Shown piece after piece: positions 23,900 through 38,103 of a stretch of DNA of 64,000 bases. The DNA lies in contig NC_047081.1 of the NCBI RefSeq assembly GCF_902459465.1, forward strand, positions 3,348,001 through 3,412,000. The letters are read 5' to 3'. Position numbers and translations under genes: made by a program. Position 1 is the first letter of the stretch, and each line of letters begins with the position of its first letter. The stretch is from Asterias rubens (taxonomy: Eukaryota). The notes below the pieces were generated by a model. That model ran no database searches, was not told the DNA's origin, and saw nothing but the letters and a program-made list of their open reading frames with translations.

Positions 23900-26800
23900 C
23901 AGAACAGTTTAAAGTGCATTTACTATAATTTATTTGAATAAGCACCAAGACATACGGTAATAAGAGAAACATTTTCTCACTTGTCTTTATGGGCCTCTTC
24001 CCTTGCCTTGGTGCCCTTTCAAAATTTACATCTGGACTTTAAAATTTTCCAATGGAATAATGAAAATTAGGCCTCATGAAAAAGGCCTGGCCCTTTCAAA
24101 TACACAGTCTAAGCCTGAAATGGAATTACAGATTTAACTATAAATGGATAAAGTCTGCACCCACATTTTATAATAATGTCGGATCCCAGATCAAGTTACA
24201 TACTGTTCAAAATGAACAAGGAATAACACAGGGATATTTGTTTTAAAATCTAAAATTTAACAATGCAAATTTGAAGGCCGGGTAAAAAAAACCTGCTCTC
24301 TCATTTTTGAAGATTTGAAATAATTTATTCCCTACCTGAGAGTGGGATAAGGTTTCATTTGTAGTGACTGATAACATTTTACTTAAAATATACAATGAAT
24401 ATGATCCTCGGGCCCTGTGTGCACCTTCAATTATTTAAGCGGGCGTTCCTCATCATTTTAGACAAGGGCCTAAATTATGTAAAATAAAGTATTCCAGCCT
24501 AGATACTATACCAGTAGAAAACATTCCACGAACCTTGTTTCAATACAGTCGTTTCCATGTAGGCCAAACTTCCAAAACTTGGGTCCAGAAAAATAATAAA
24601 AGTAATAATTTGAAAAATCCTGCTGTGAACCCTGAAAACCTTCCAATTTGAAAGTTTATCCTTTTAAATAAATTAATTCTGAATTTTCTGTGCAGTTTAA
24701 TATATGAAGTGTAATATTTGATGATTCCTTACATAAACATTATTGTTGACAATTCATGGATTAAAATTGTTCAGATAAAACAGGAAATGCTATTGATAAT
24801 ATAAATGACAAAACAGTATTTGAAAAACTGTGAAGCCTTCAAACTGATCTCATGCTATGTTTTTCAGGGTCAGGTTCCTATATAACCAATTGATGAACAA
24901 AATTGAATCTTAATATTTATATTAAGTGATCTGCCAGATACACATAGACAGTTATTTATTTATTAATACTATTATGTTATATTTATTTAGGGGGATATCT
25001 ACAGTAGACAATGAAAGATAAACTTGATGATTTTTTTCCAGATGGACCAAGAATGATCTTACAAAAGGAAAATATCTGCAGTCCATCTCTCCCAAGATCT
25101 GACAGCTAGCAAATTGGAATGAAAATACATGTAGAGGGTTGAAAATGTTCCATTAAAAAAAAAAGTATTAAAAACGCACTTCAAGGGTATTATCCACAAA
25201 CACTCTCCCAACAGCTACTGTTACAAAAACGAAACTACCTAAATATGCCCTTCCCCCAAGCTATTGAAACATGTCTTAATATTCACACAAGATTTTTTGT
25301 ATGCATGATGTGACTCTACTGACTACACTGTACGTACTCATTGTGCAAGTCAAATTGTAGTTTAGTAACGATGATCATAACCCATTCTCACGTACCAGGG
25401 CAGTCGAAGCTGCCGCTGCTACATAATTAACTTATCCGCCATCAGTGTCGTCCGTTACACAAACCTCTAAATGATATCCGTATGTAATTTTTTTACCCAA
25501 CAATACTGGTCAGTCAATAACAGTTTCTGGAATGAAATTCATGTCTGTCTGTGACACAATTTTTATTCCCATGGTACTACTTGAACTGTTTCTATAGTAA
25601 CTGTATAATGTGATAAAAATGGGAGTAACCTATGACCTGTGTGTTGAAGCTGTGTGCTATAAAGGAACTGGCGTTTTATATGGGGCTGAATTGATATATT
25701 TGTGATCTGTATGTGAAAGATTTCTTGATAATGTGCTTTGTTTAATCCCATCTTGGGCTATTTAGATAGCATTACCTCACACTGCCCACCTTTGTAGCTT
25801 GATGTGAATTATCAATCAGGGAATACGCTGCCTGTAGCAGTTTGACCGGGCTCTGATGATAGTGTCTGGGTTTCCATACAAGAGCCATTGCCATTGCGAG
25901 CTGGCTCTCATATGAAGTGCTGTGTGTGTGCGCAGCAACGGCCGGCCGAACAAATTTAACAAGGTCATTTTTTATAGTGGCGGCGACATCTTAGCTGTGA
26001 GGGGATTGTATTTTTGGAACAGTACTTGCTCATCGCTCAATCCAGTCACACTGCTGTCCTCGATTGGCTTTGAATATTATTTAGGGATGCACTCGAGTAG
26101 ACCCCCACAGGCTACATGAAGTCATTTAATAATCAGCCGGGAAAGTCAAGAAGATCCCGCATTGTTGATGGTTCCCATCCTCAACGCTATTATATTACAA
26201 TTTTAGAAATTAAATTTCATTGTCGGCTTTTAATTTTGTTTTTGGAGATGTTGAAAATGTCTTAGTAATTGGTGCTCACTGTTAACGACATCTGGAAAAT
26301 TTGTTTTGAGCCATACTTTTAATGATAAGGTCCATAATTATTTTTTGATTATAATTTGTCTATTTGACATTCAATATGAAGTGTGTTTAATGTACACAGG
26401 CAAAGTGTTGTGTACTCAAACACGCGCTGCATTCAAATAAATAATTGTAAATTCAACGACAAAGTAAAAATGTATTGAGTAAAATTCCATTGGACTTACA
26501 TCTGTAAATGCTTCAAGTCTGTAATAATGAGACTACACATTTGTCAAGTAATTAAACCTACACTTGAGACTTATTTTAAACTATGAAATTATGCCATATC
26601 CACAAATGAAACGCATAGTGTAGTTAAACAAATTATAATTACAATGCTACATGTATATTCACCTATATTGGGAAATGAATGACAAATGACACAGAGACAC
26701 AAATTTCAAATATGTGTGAAGTTTTCACAAACCTATTTCTAAATTGGTGAATTGAAGACGGCCTTGCTGAAATTTGTTAAAACTCTCTGCCAAATATTGA

Positions 26801-27866
26801 TTATTCAAATAAAATTCCAAATTAAAACTCCAAACAGAATGTTGGGTATTATTGCATTCATTTTCATAAGTTTTTTTACCCATACACCAAGGGCATAGAA
26901 GCGTACAAGGATTTTGAAACAGGGCTAATTTATGCAGTGAAATGTGTGAGTGTGCTTGGGAGCTACTGTATTCAATTGGTGACTATAATCAGAATGATAG
27001 TCACTGGATATACGGCCAAGCAGAAAAAATTAATTGGTTAGTGTTCTTGCTGACCCATCAATAAATTCACCACAAGTACAATATTTTTTCTTTTACTATA
27101 AATTTAGATACACTTCATGCCTGAAGCCATTCTAAGACTCAAATTTTGTGCTTAGAAGTACCCCTTTTCTCTAAAACTGCTTTACTTCGTTCCTAACAAT
27201 GATTTATGTCTTATAGTATCAACCCATCTCCAGGGCTCTTTACCAAGTAAGTGACGGTTTATGTTTATTATTTTTGGAGTAATTACCAATTGGATACTTT
27301 CCCTTGGAGGAGAATACAGGATTTGTAAAATAAAAAATTACCTGAGACCTTGGCTTTAACAGATAGGAGAAAAGTAAATACAATTCTCCCCGCCTTCCCT
27401 ATGGATGCTGACCAGATATTTTGTTGGCTTTATTTGGCTCGTCTACCTACAGCTTGAGCAGGTATCAAAGTCGTTTCTGACTGGAGCCAATGTACCCTAG
27501 TTAATATAAATCCATTATGCATCCTCCGCACAATGTAAACCTTCTGTGTTTTGGTTTACCGGGATCTGAGTGGTACAATGTATAAAACCTTATCAACCCT
27601 CGGCTTCGCCAGCCATTCTAACCGGATTGACCCGTATGAATTATGAAAATCAACCTTTTGTGCGGGTTACCCATAGCAACGAGACCACTACATATCTCAT
27701 CAACATGCCTTATATTCACTGTCAGTTTGTACACAGTCACAAACAGAGTGAATAATACCACTCAGGTATGTTCAAGTTGATTAGTTTTTACATCCATGTG
27801 AACAGGGGCTCTCCCAAGCAGTTTGGGGGTTTTTTTTTGGCGCAATTTGTGAAAATATATTTTGCA

Positions 27867-28264
27867 TTAAAGACAGTGGACACTTTTGGTAATTGTCAAA
27901 GACCAGTCTTCTCACTTGCTGTATCTCAGCATATGCATAAGATAACAAACCTGTGAAAAAATTTCAGCTCAATCGGTCATCGAAGTTGCGAGACAATAAT
28001 GAAGGAGAAAAACACCCTTGTCACATGAAGTTGTGTGCTTTCTATGCTTGATTTCGAAACCTCAAGTTCTAATCTGAGGTCTTGATATCAAATTCGTGGA
28101 AATAATTACTTCTTTCTCGAAAACTACATATTAGGCCCTACTTCAGAGAGAGCTGTTTCTCACAATGTTTTATACTATCAACTTCTCCCCATTACTCCTT
28201 ACTAAGTAAGTTTTTATGTCAAACAATATTTTGAGTAATTACCGATAGTGTGCACTGCCTTTAA
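27867..28264. mobile_element. Kolobok-type MITE, complete with TTAA at both ends
   Basis: TTAAAGACAGTGGACAC ... GTGTGCACTGCCTTTAA inverted termini. Confidence 0.8.
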
Positions 28265-30329
28265 GAAGGCACAAAGAATAACATTAAATATTTAGGAAGA
28301 CATCATAGATTTCTGTTGGTGTCACTCATTTACAAAGGTTAGGCCTCGAAATAACACACAGCCATTGCGCGGTGCCCTCTGCTTTTGCTCTGTTGCCCAT
28401 TGCATTATTGCAATACAAGTTCCTCATAGAAGTACCCTTACCGAAGGAAAATTGCTGGCCCCTTAAAGAAGACGACCTGGAAGCTTAGCCCCCTCCCCAA
28501 TGTATCTTGTGGCGACAACAAGGAAGTAAATCTGAAAAACTTAGCTATTTGGAATGAACGTGCGATTTTCCCAAAACCTTGCTCGTCTCCCAAGCCAAAG
28601 CGGCAAGTGTTCGACAGTTTGTAATTAAAAACCTGGCGCACCTGTTACTATGAGTTCATCAAAATGTGGTTGATGAATTACTGTCCCACAGCTGGGGACC
28701 AGTCACGGGTAAAGAATTGTGGCGCAGGTCAGCGATAGAATGTGAACACCAGGGAAAACATTGATATCTGACATGGCGTATATATATATATCTGATTTTT
28801 GAGTGGAGCCTTTTACGTATTTATGATTTTTTTTTGTTATTTATAAGCAGTTGGATATTTTAAGAGTGAACTGGAGTATCTGCAAAAAAAATATTTGTGT
28901 TAACACCAAGGGAATCAATTCAACACCCTCAGTTTGTACAGTGTAGGGTCATGCTAAGGTTTAAGACATAAATTCAGAGTTTGTCCTGCTCATCATATCG
29001 GGTTGGCTACAATCTAGGTGTCGGTGGTGATTATCCAAGACAATATGACGTGTTTGAAGTCAGGATGGGATAATTCCATGAGTCTTTTTTGTTTCTGCAG
29101 ATGAAACCAAGAGTGAAATTGTATGCAATCCCTCGTCTGTGAATAAAAAGCACTTAGCCATGTTACCGAGTGACACATTTCATTATTGTCTGACCTAGTA
29201 ATTTCAATGCTTTAAGCCCAGAGCCCGTAGGCCGAGGGCAGTATTTGATCAAGTACTAGGGCCCTCAGTTTATCATGAAGAGCCACTGGAGGTGTAATTT
29301 GTCAATATTATGAAATCTTACTATGCAGACAGTGTATCGGGGACCCATCTGCAAAGGGTTTTGATAGTGTAGCATCTTCATCGTGTATTAAACAGTCAAC
29401 AGTTGGCTTTCCTGGTTGTTTGTTCGACAGCATTTACTCTACCTCTCAGATGCAAATTTTGTTATGCTTTAAGATTCGTCTTCCATTAAAGTCTTGTCAA
29501 TACAGTAGGTTTCCGCCTCCGTAATTGCAGCCATCATTTCATATCCTGTCTATGCAACATCCATATCGCAAACCATTGTTTGCCAGCGGCCACGTCGACG
29601 CTATGATTGTCATCTCTCTTATATTGTTTATAGTCAGTGGTCTATCTGCGGACGAGATGTCATTCAGAGCGAGCGAGTTGCTGCTGACGCCGTGGTGGCC
29701 TGGTCGTTACAGCCCAGACTAGTTGACTCATGACCTTGAGTTTAATTTTGCATTTTCTAGGGCTGTGATGGCGAAGACTTTGAATCGATAAAGTCAGAAG
29801 TGACCTGCAGTTATCGTGGCAGTTGAGCTGCCCCTTATTTTTTCTTCTTCCTTGAGGTGCACGAGTCTTGTAGATGCGGAGACTTGACTTGGCAGTGGTT
29901 TGGATGTTGTTCAATAGCAGACATAACTATGTTGGAGTCATTTAATAACTTGGCTTGCGGAATAAAACAACTTGTTTTCTCATGGAATAAAATCAAACCC
30001 ATTTTTAAAGTCGGTTTCTTGAGAACAGCAATTGTTACAGTTTCTCACAAATACAGGTTAAGTATGAATAGAAATTGCTTTTTGATGGAAAATGTTGATT
30101 CTTTTTTCTCTCCCTGAATTGTTTGCTGAGGGTTTACATTGATACTCAACTTCTCAAGAGAATTCAGGTTATTTATTGTTTTTCTGGATTTTTTTTTCTT
30201 CTTCTCACAATATACAAAATTAGCTTTCTCATGTCGCCACCATATCGTCATGTTCCCTTTAACACCAGCAATTGCGGAATATATTATTCTCATTGTACAA
30301 AATAAGGGCATTTATAGATGAAAATACAA

Positions 30330-30386
30330 AAAATAGTTAATGGCCTGACGTTTCGACCTTAGCAGAGTCTTTCTCGAAGGCTAAAT
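30330..30386 (-). ncRNA. Minimal hammerhead motif, single copy of the same repeat
   Basis: Reverse complement reads TTAGCCTTCGAGAAAGACTCTGCTAAGGTCGAAACGTCAGGCCATTAACTATTTTT. One mismatch in stem II. Confidence 0.55.
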
Positions 30387-32237
30387 GACAACACAACAAA
30401 CATGAACAGGTAACTGAAAATACAGTTACACCCACAAATATTTTGTTTGTTGTTTTAATGTGTTCAGTTTCCATAACATAACGCTATATATCTTTGAGTC
30501 TATTTCATGCTGCAATCTATTAAATTTTACAAGCAATAATTGCCAATAATGTTGAGCGTACACTGTACAAGGTACTTCTCTAAAAAGCTTTTGCCTGAAA
30601 CCAGTAGCTACATGTACTGTGCTCATATGGTCATATTGGCTCAAGAAAAAAACTGTTGATTTGGAGGGGGAAAAAACCGCCACAGAAATGTAGATTTTGA
30701 TTGAAGAAATTGCTGGGAAACAATTTTTTCTTTTTGTGAGTGCCCTCCCACTAGAGCTGCATAGTGTGAAGATGAGATCTGAATGGAGGAATTGAGTAGA
30801 AAATAGAATCAGTGAGCATGTAGTGTAGACCCGTAATGGCTGAATCAATTCAACATCATTATTATTGGTGGTTGAGGGACAGTTGGGGTTGAACATGTAC
30901 AAGATGCTGGCCAGGTTTTATGGAAAGCACTTTGTCAGTCTTTATTAGCTTATTTTTTTTATGAGGAAAATGAGAATTTGTGGTTGACATTTATGTCAAG
31001 CAGTGTCTATGAAATCATTTGAATTTGATTTCTTTATTTACGGCTTGAATTTTTGTGGAAAAAAGTACAATAAAAACGTAGGGCTTTGAGCTAAAAATAT
31101 TTACTGGACCATAATTTGTTGTACACGACAAGATTTTGTATGAACAAAATTATCCAACTATGGGGATGGAGGAATTATCCTCGAATTTGAGAAAGAAATC
31201 TAGCAAAATAAAAATAAAAAAACCTGTTACCATGATTAACAATGCTTTGATGTCATGCCCTTCAAAAATGAAGCATTAGGTTATTAAAAAAATACCTTGA
31301 ATACAATGTTATTAAAAACACTTGATGATATGACTTAATTGGAAGAACAAATTATGCTTGGAGTAGACTGAGGCAATTTACATTCGTCAGTACCGTAGTT
31401 TAATCAAGACAACATCAACAGTTCTAATTGCTAGATTTCCGTTTTGATAAATAACCGCGATCCCTTTCACTTAACTAATTAAAAATACCAATCCATGGTG
31501 TGCTCTCAACGCTGACATATTTTTCTTCACCCCGTCAAGTGTTGAATCTTTTCCTATGCCCAACCCAACCCTGTTCACAAATTGCAAGTATATTTTCCCA
31601 GTCTCAGATATTAGAGACTTGAAAAATTCAGTACCCTTTGGATTAGTGTATCTGCCAATCAATAGGCAAATTTTGCTCAGTTCAGAAAATGCAAAAGTCA
31701 TTCAATATAGTTTATTTGTTAAAAAACCTCAATGAACAGGCCTTGGCTTACACACATGCAAGACTCAACACTTGAAATCATTCTTTCTGTTTTCCCTTTC
31801 CCCTCTTCTGAGGATTTAGACTTTACCCCTTTCACTTGCTGACATGTTCCCTGGGCTATGAGCAAATTGAGACGTACATGATGAGAATCGTGGCATCTAA
31901 AAATAGAACGGTTGAATTTCTTTAAAATGCACACTCTGTGTGGACACTGCGTTTTCATATTGTCACTCATGCGTTTTTTCTCTTCTCTTCACAATCTTGA
32001 AAGTCTGTCAGCGTGAAGACAAAATGTTATTGTAGAAATTTTATATTGCTGATGGAATTCAGTATTAGTTGAATCTCGAGGAGATAAAATAACATTATTA
32101 AATGTGGTTAATTTGAAGTTACCGCAAATTCAGAGATTTTATATAACAAACTTTTGTTTGACATGTACATGTAAGACTAAAATGTACATTTTTGGTAAAA
32201 AACATTGGAGAGCTGTTGATATTATAAAACATTGTTA

Positions 32238-33147
32238 CAGCCCTGATACTTCGGCTTTTAAGGGGCACGGCAGTTTTGCCTTGACTTTTTGTAAAAATTT
32301 AGGGCACCAAGGCAATTTTCAAAAATTTGGAAGGGCATCACGGCAATCAAAAAAAGTTGCGAAGGGCACGACGGCAGTTTGAAAAAAAACCCTCCGAGTT
32401 GCCTGTAAAAAATAGTTCTTCCAATTTTTCCATTTTCTAACTATTACCCAATGAAAAAAGAAAGCATTCATCTAATTCAACAAAATAAAGAACAACTACT
32501 TACAATACACAATAAATAATTTTTGTTCATGTGAATCCTACTATTGGTCATGCACGTTGTGTAGTTTTTCGTAGAGACGCTAAAATTCCCACGTAACTGC
32601 TCCATTTTGACACGATGTTGACAGAATAAATGCATGCGGTGCGCGACGACTATGCTGTACATGATGGTACATCACATGTACCAAGCATGGGGAAAACCAC
32701 TATCCCAGCATGCACAGACACGTCGAGTCTTTGTCTCAAGGCGTTTAGCGTTGGTTCGCGTAATTTTACCACTAGAGGGCGTTTAATCTCACGCTATCGC
32801 TTTGTTCCGAAACGCCCTCTAGCTTTCAATGTTTCGAGTATTTTTTTGTCGCACGCAAAGAACAACGACTAATGGGCCTGAAATCTGCTGTTGTGCCTTA
32901 CGTGCGTGAAATTGTGGTCTATTTCGTTGCGTGAAATTTACACAGACATCGGGACTTTTTGGCTTATTTTCAAACTTTGACAACGTTGAATATAATTTGT
33001 TTTCGGGAGGAAGGGCACGGCGGCAATGATGAGAAAAGGGCACGGCAATCATTGCCGTGAAAAATTGAGTTTTTGAAGGGCATTGCGGCAATCGGTAGGG
33101 GCAACGACGGCAATTGCCGTCGTTGCCGTCGGGAAGTATCAGGGCTG
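32238..33147. mobile_element. 910-bp non-autonomous DNA transposon, 15-bp TIR CAGCCCTGATACTTC, 6-bp TSD TTGTTA
   Basis: Perfect TIRs. Arrays of GGGCAC(N)GGCAAT subterminal motifs are shared with the short CAGGCCTG family. TTGTTA at 32232-32237 and 33148-33153. No transposase ORF. Confidence 0.85.
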
Positions 33148-33792
33148 TTGTTATCAACCTCAAACTAGGATCTGAGAAAGGCTTCAAGCACGCAATTTTT
33201 GTTTCGTTCCTTGCAAATTATATGACAGATTGAGCCCAAATTTTCACAGGTTTTGTATTTATATTATATTTTATTTATTAATTTATTTTATTAAAAGAAC
33301 ATTAAAAAGGAATGAACAGTATATTACCCGATAGGTTGAATTGCACTAGAACATGTACGTTATAAATAAATAAAAAGGTTTGGATAGTACACCAAGTGAG
33401 GATACTGGTTTTTGGCAATTGACCTGCCCTTAGGAAAAAATTATTAATGTCATATATATTTGTATTTATTTAAGGCAACATATGACCAGATGCACACAGA
33501 CTGTTCATCAGTAATGACACAGACTTAAACCAAAGTGATATGACAGAACAGTGCACACTAAAAACCGGAGCGTACATCCCAAGTGTAGCTTTATCGTTTG
33601 CGTATAATTGATGTTAATAACATGAGGTTGAGTTTCATCACCTATGCCCACCATCCTTTAACTCCAAGTCTTTGCTAGCTGCGGCCTTTACATGCACTCT
33701 ATGTAAAGGTCAAGTGGTGTAGGCTAGGCTGGATGCTGCTGATGGTGGCTGCTTGCTATCCTTGGGTGGCGTAGAGGTTTGGGTTACAAGTC

Positions 33793-34204
33793 TTAAAGGA
33801 ACACGTTGCCTTGGAACGGTCGAGTTGGTCTTTGAAAGGTGTTTGAAACCGTTTGTTATAAAATGCAGATGGTTAGAAAAGTAGAATTTTAAAAGTAGAA
33901 TACAATGATCCACACACATTTGCCTCGAAATTGCGACGTTTTCCTTTTACTTTGCTAACTAACACGGTCGGCCATTTATGGGAGTCAAAAAATTTACGCC
34001 CATAAATGGCCGACCGTGTTAGTGGACCGTGTCAGTCTACGAGGTAAAAGGGAAAACCACGTAATTTTGAGTGACACTTGTGTGGATCATTTTATTCTAC
34101 TTTTAAAATATCTCTCTAATCATATGCATTTTATTTTATAACAAACGGTGACAAATGCTTTTCAAAGACCAACTCGACGGATCCAAGGCAACGTGTTCCT
34201 TTAA
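33793..34204. mobile_element. TTAA-flanked fold-back MITE (TIR AGGAACACGTTGCCTTGGA)
   Basis: The whole element is an imperfect palindrome centred on CTAACACGGTCGGCCATTTATGGG...CCCATAAATGGCCGACCGTGTTAG. Confidence 0.85.
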
Positions 34205-37200
34205 ACCATGTGGGAGCAGAAGCACAGATTCCGTCTCCTCTATTTGACAGCGTGAGGCTGTCTAGGATGTGACATAGATGTATGTTGTATGATGTGTGTT
34301 TTTGTTCATGACTTACTTGGCCCTTCCTTGGCAAAATAGCCTATCTCAAATTTTGTTTCTAATATTAGATAGCTTAATATTAGATAGCTTCTGGTTAGAT
34401 TGAGAGTGTTTTTTTTTTTCATTATAAAGTTATAAAGGCATTTTGTATTTGTAGTAGATGTGGATATAACATGTCCTATCTAGGCTAGTTTTTGTTTTAC
34501 ACTCTTAAATCCCAATTTATTGCAAAACAGCTTATCACTGTACTTGCTTGGCTGTTTTGCCATGTATTCTTAAATTTTAAATGTAAACCAGCACTTCGTT
34601 TTCTTTAACAGGACGCAGAGGGTAAATTGTTGAGTGTATTGTAATGAACATTTGCAGTGAATATTCAATGAATCAATGGTAAGGGGCCATTCAGTGTTAA
34701 CGACAATTTGAACTTATTTTGACCTATCCATCCACCCCAAATTGTGATATAATTTTTTGTTTTTTTAGTGTTTAACACTGAAGATTAAGTAATGCCTCAA
34801 ATGAACCAGATACTTAAGATCAAGAGCTAAGTAATCATTGATAAAAGCAATGACTTTTAATTTATTTTATTGATTGGAATTTAGCCTTTTTGAGATTTTG
34901 GCGAACACCATTGTCATGTACCCTTTGGTTTTTTTTCTTCAGAGAAATTACCTGAACCAGACAATACAATTCTAATGTGTCTTCCGTGCCTCAAATAAGA
35001 TTGAATTTTAAAAAGTAAAAAACAAAAAACACCCCCCAACAACATAATACCCCAAATTAAAGAAAACTACTGCAATACACCGACAAACATTTGTTAAAAA
35101 AAAAAAAAAAATCCAGGTCAACTTTCCAAGCAAGCAGAATCTTAAAACCCATCTTTAATTGAACTAAAGTTGTCCGTACATTTAAGCAAGCCGGCTTTGC
35201 CAGCCAAACACAAACTCGGCAATTTAGCCATTGTGTTTGACTCCATCTAGGAGGTAAATAGTGTCCCGAGCATGAGAGAGAGTGAGAGCATACAGCCAGA
35301 GGCTACATCAGCCTCACGACCGACGAGCAGTCCGGGGCAAAAATTCCTTGACATTTAGCACAGACCTGTTTCTGTATTTTGCCGGGTGGCCTAAAAGAAA
35401 TTTGCATGTTAAAGATGCATTGATTGGGAATGTTAAAGCACGGGTAAATGAATTTTTCTATTTAGCGAGTAAATTAAGGATAGTTCATAGTGGGTAGTCA
35501 TGGATGATAATGACCCACTTTCAAGTGCGTACATGTCCGTACTTGACTCGTAGTTGAACGAAGTTTGTTGTACGATGGTCTCTCAGGAAATTTCTTGCCT
35601 GCTTTCAGTTAGGAAACCTTTCGTGTAGGTCATGTGGACTTGTTTTTTTGTCGTCAGTTGAAGTCACTTTGAAGGGTAATATCTGTTTAAAAATGAATAG
35701 TTCAGTGGGGTTATGTAGTTGCACTTTTAGAGAAGTAATTACCACACATGTAGGCCTATACTTTCGATTTGTCCTCAAGATTCTGAATTTAGAGAGAGAT
35801 AATACAATTTTGCCATGTATATTAAAGAAAACAATCAGGGTTTCATGTCTAATATTATTACAAAATCTGTTCGTTTTGTTTTTCTTTGAATGATTTTTAT
35901 ATGGTACTTTAAATAATTTAACTGGACATTAGTAGCTAATTTGTAATAAACAGAAAATAATTATTGGAGGCAGAATTAAAAAAAATTAATTGAGGCTGAA
36001 TTGAATTTGTGACCAATGTGTACTGGTTGTGCTGGATTGAAGAATAAAAGGCTAAGAGGACAATTTTATATTCTGTTCATTTTAGCATTGCAGTTTTGCC
36101 CAGTAAATTTGATTTATTATCTCTCGTGACAATTTTGTTCTCTGAGGAGGTAGGTGTAAAAGGTTAAAGATCATCAAATACCAGGCATGGAATTACAGGA
36201 GGCTCCGTTGCATGGCCCCTGTGGCCCTTGACATGGCCTTAGTGCCTCATCAAAGGTTCTCCATAGAAGTGCTGAAAGTTGAACCATGTGAAGTCTAGTT
36301 ACACAATATTCCACGTGAAAAAAAAAATGTAGTTTAGGAAAATATTCTATTTAGGAGTTTCATTATGTGTCAAACCAACCAATAAATTCCCTTGACCTCA
36401 AAGATTTTTTTTCATTTTAGGGATCAATTGGGACCCATGAGAAAATAAAAAATAAAAAAAATCTTTTTGCTTCAGAAGTCTTAATTAGTAAAATATACAC
36501 TGGTACTTGTGTAGCTAATTAGCAATACCTTATGAATTAAAATGCCCATTGTGTAATGTACATTATATTTTGTGTGTGACCCCTTTCCCCATATGTAATA
36601 AACCAAAACATAGTACAACAAAAGTGAAACATTTTTAAAAAGTAGACTTACACCCAAAACAAAACATTTGAAATTTAAAAGGGTATTTTTTAAATTTAAA
36701 AACCAAGTAATGTATTCGAAGAAATGTGAAGAGTTAAACAGTATTTATTTTTATAGTGACCGAATTTAGGGGTTGTGAACTGTGTATATTTGTTGACATC
36801 AGTGTAATGCATACAGACCAGTGCATCACCAATAGTTATTCACACAGCACCTTGTGTGACACATGCATGCAAATTGGCCCAACCAAAAATAACTGCTGTT
36901 TCTGTCTGCAGCAAAAACAAAAAACCCAGATGACTTGAATGGTCCAAAAATAGTCTCATAAAATCCAATTTGAATTTACGAGCGGGAAAGTATTATTAAG
37001 TTACTAAGTCAAGCATAAAATTACTTGGGTATTTGATTTCATGTTCAATCACTTTCAGATATAGGCCTACTGTAGATACAAAATTAAGTACCTCTTATCA
37101 ACGCATATTTAAAAATGGAGGAAACAGGATGTTGGCTTAAAGGAAAGGTCACCAAACTGTTATCAAGGTTTGTTTTATTTTTTGTTAGATATAATTATAC

Positions 37201-37510
37201 AGATGTTACATTTCAGGATGTGAGATTAAAGGTCTAAATTCGGAGAAATGGACTTTGGGGGTGATGCCCTTGGATTTTTCTAAAAATGAAAGTTTGTTGA
37301 ATTACAACACAACATGTTATACAAGTAAACTCTGAGTATCATTATTTTTGAAACAATGGATGTTGACGTTTTTTGTTATCATCTTCTAGTTCAGAAGTTT
37401 ACACACATTAAAATTACATTTAAATGGTGAACAAAAGCATTATAGCAAAGTTTAAATAGCATTTCTCTTGAAAAACATTCCGCTGAAGTAGCTGTGTCAA
37501 AGGCCTGCTC

Positions 37511-37893
37511 TTAAAGGAACACGTTGCCTTGGATCGGACGAGTTGGTCTATAAAAAGCGTTTGTAACCCTTTTTAATAAAATGCATGGTTGGAAAGATGT
37601 TTTAAAAGTAGAATACAATGATCCACACAAGTTTGCCTCAAAATGGTTTTCCTTTTACTGTGCAAACTAACACGGTCGGCCATTTCTGGGAGTCAAAAAT
37701 TTGACTCCCAGAAATGGCCGACCGTGTTAGTCGACGAGGTAAAATGAAAACCATGTAATTTCGAGGTATGTTTGTGTGGATCATTGTATTCTACTTTTAC
37801 AACATCTATGTAACCATATGTATTTTATAAAAAACGGTTATAAACGCTTTTCAAAGACCAACTCGACCGATCCAAGCCAACGTGTTCCTTTAA
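37511..37893. mobile_element. Second copy of the TTAA fold-back MITE
   Basis: Same termini and central hairpin as 33793-34204. Confidence 0.85.
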
Positions 37894-38103
37894 TGAGAAT
37901 CCTACACAAATGGGAACCTAACTCCACTTATGACCTACTAACCCACTTTAGTATGACCTTGACACTGATCAGTGGCCTAAGGTCATCCATGTGTGTTTAG
38001 TAAACAAATACAACTGCACCTCCTTCAACCCAATGGGTTCTCCTGTAACCCGAAGTGCCTGATCTTCTGTCACTAAACTGTTTACCACAACTGTTAACTT
38101 TTA

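Noticed and set aside
29745-29830. Good acceptor (TTTTGCATTTTCTAG) in a GC-richer patch of calcineurin intron 1
   Set aside because: The phase-1 reading hits TGA at once and other frames stop within 22 codons; no matching donor was found.
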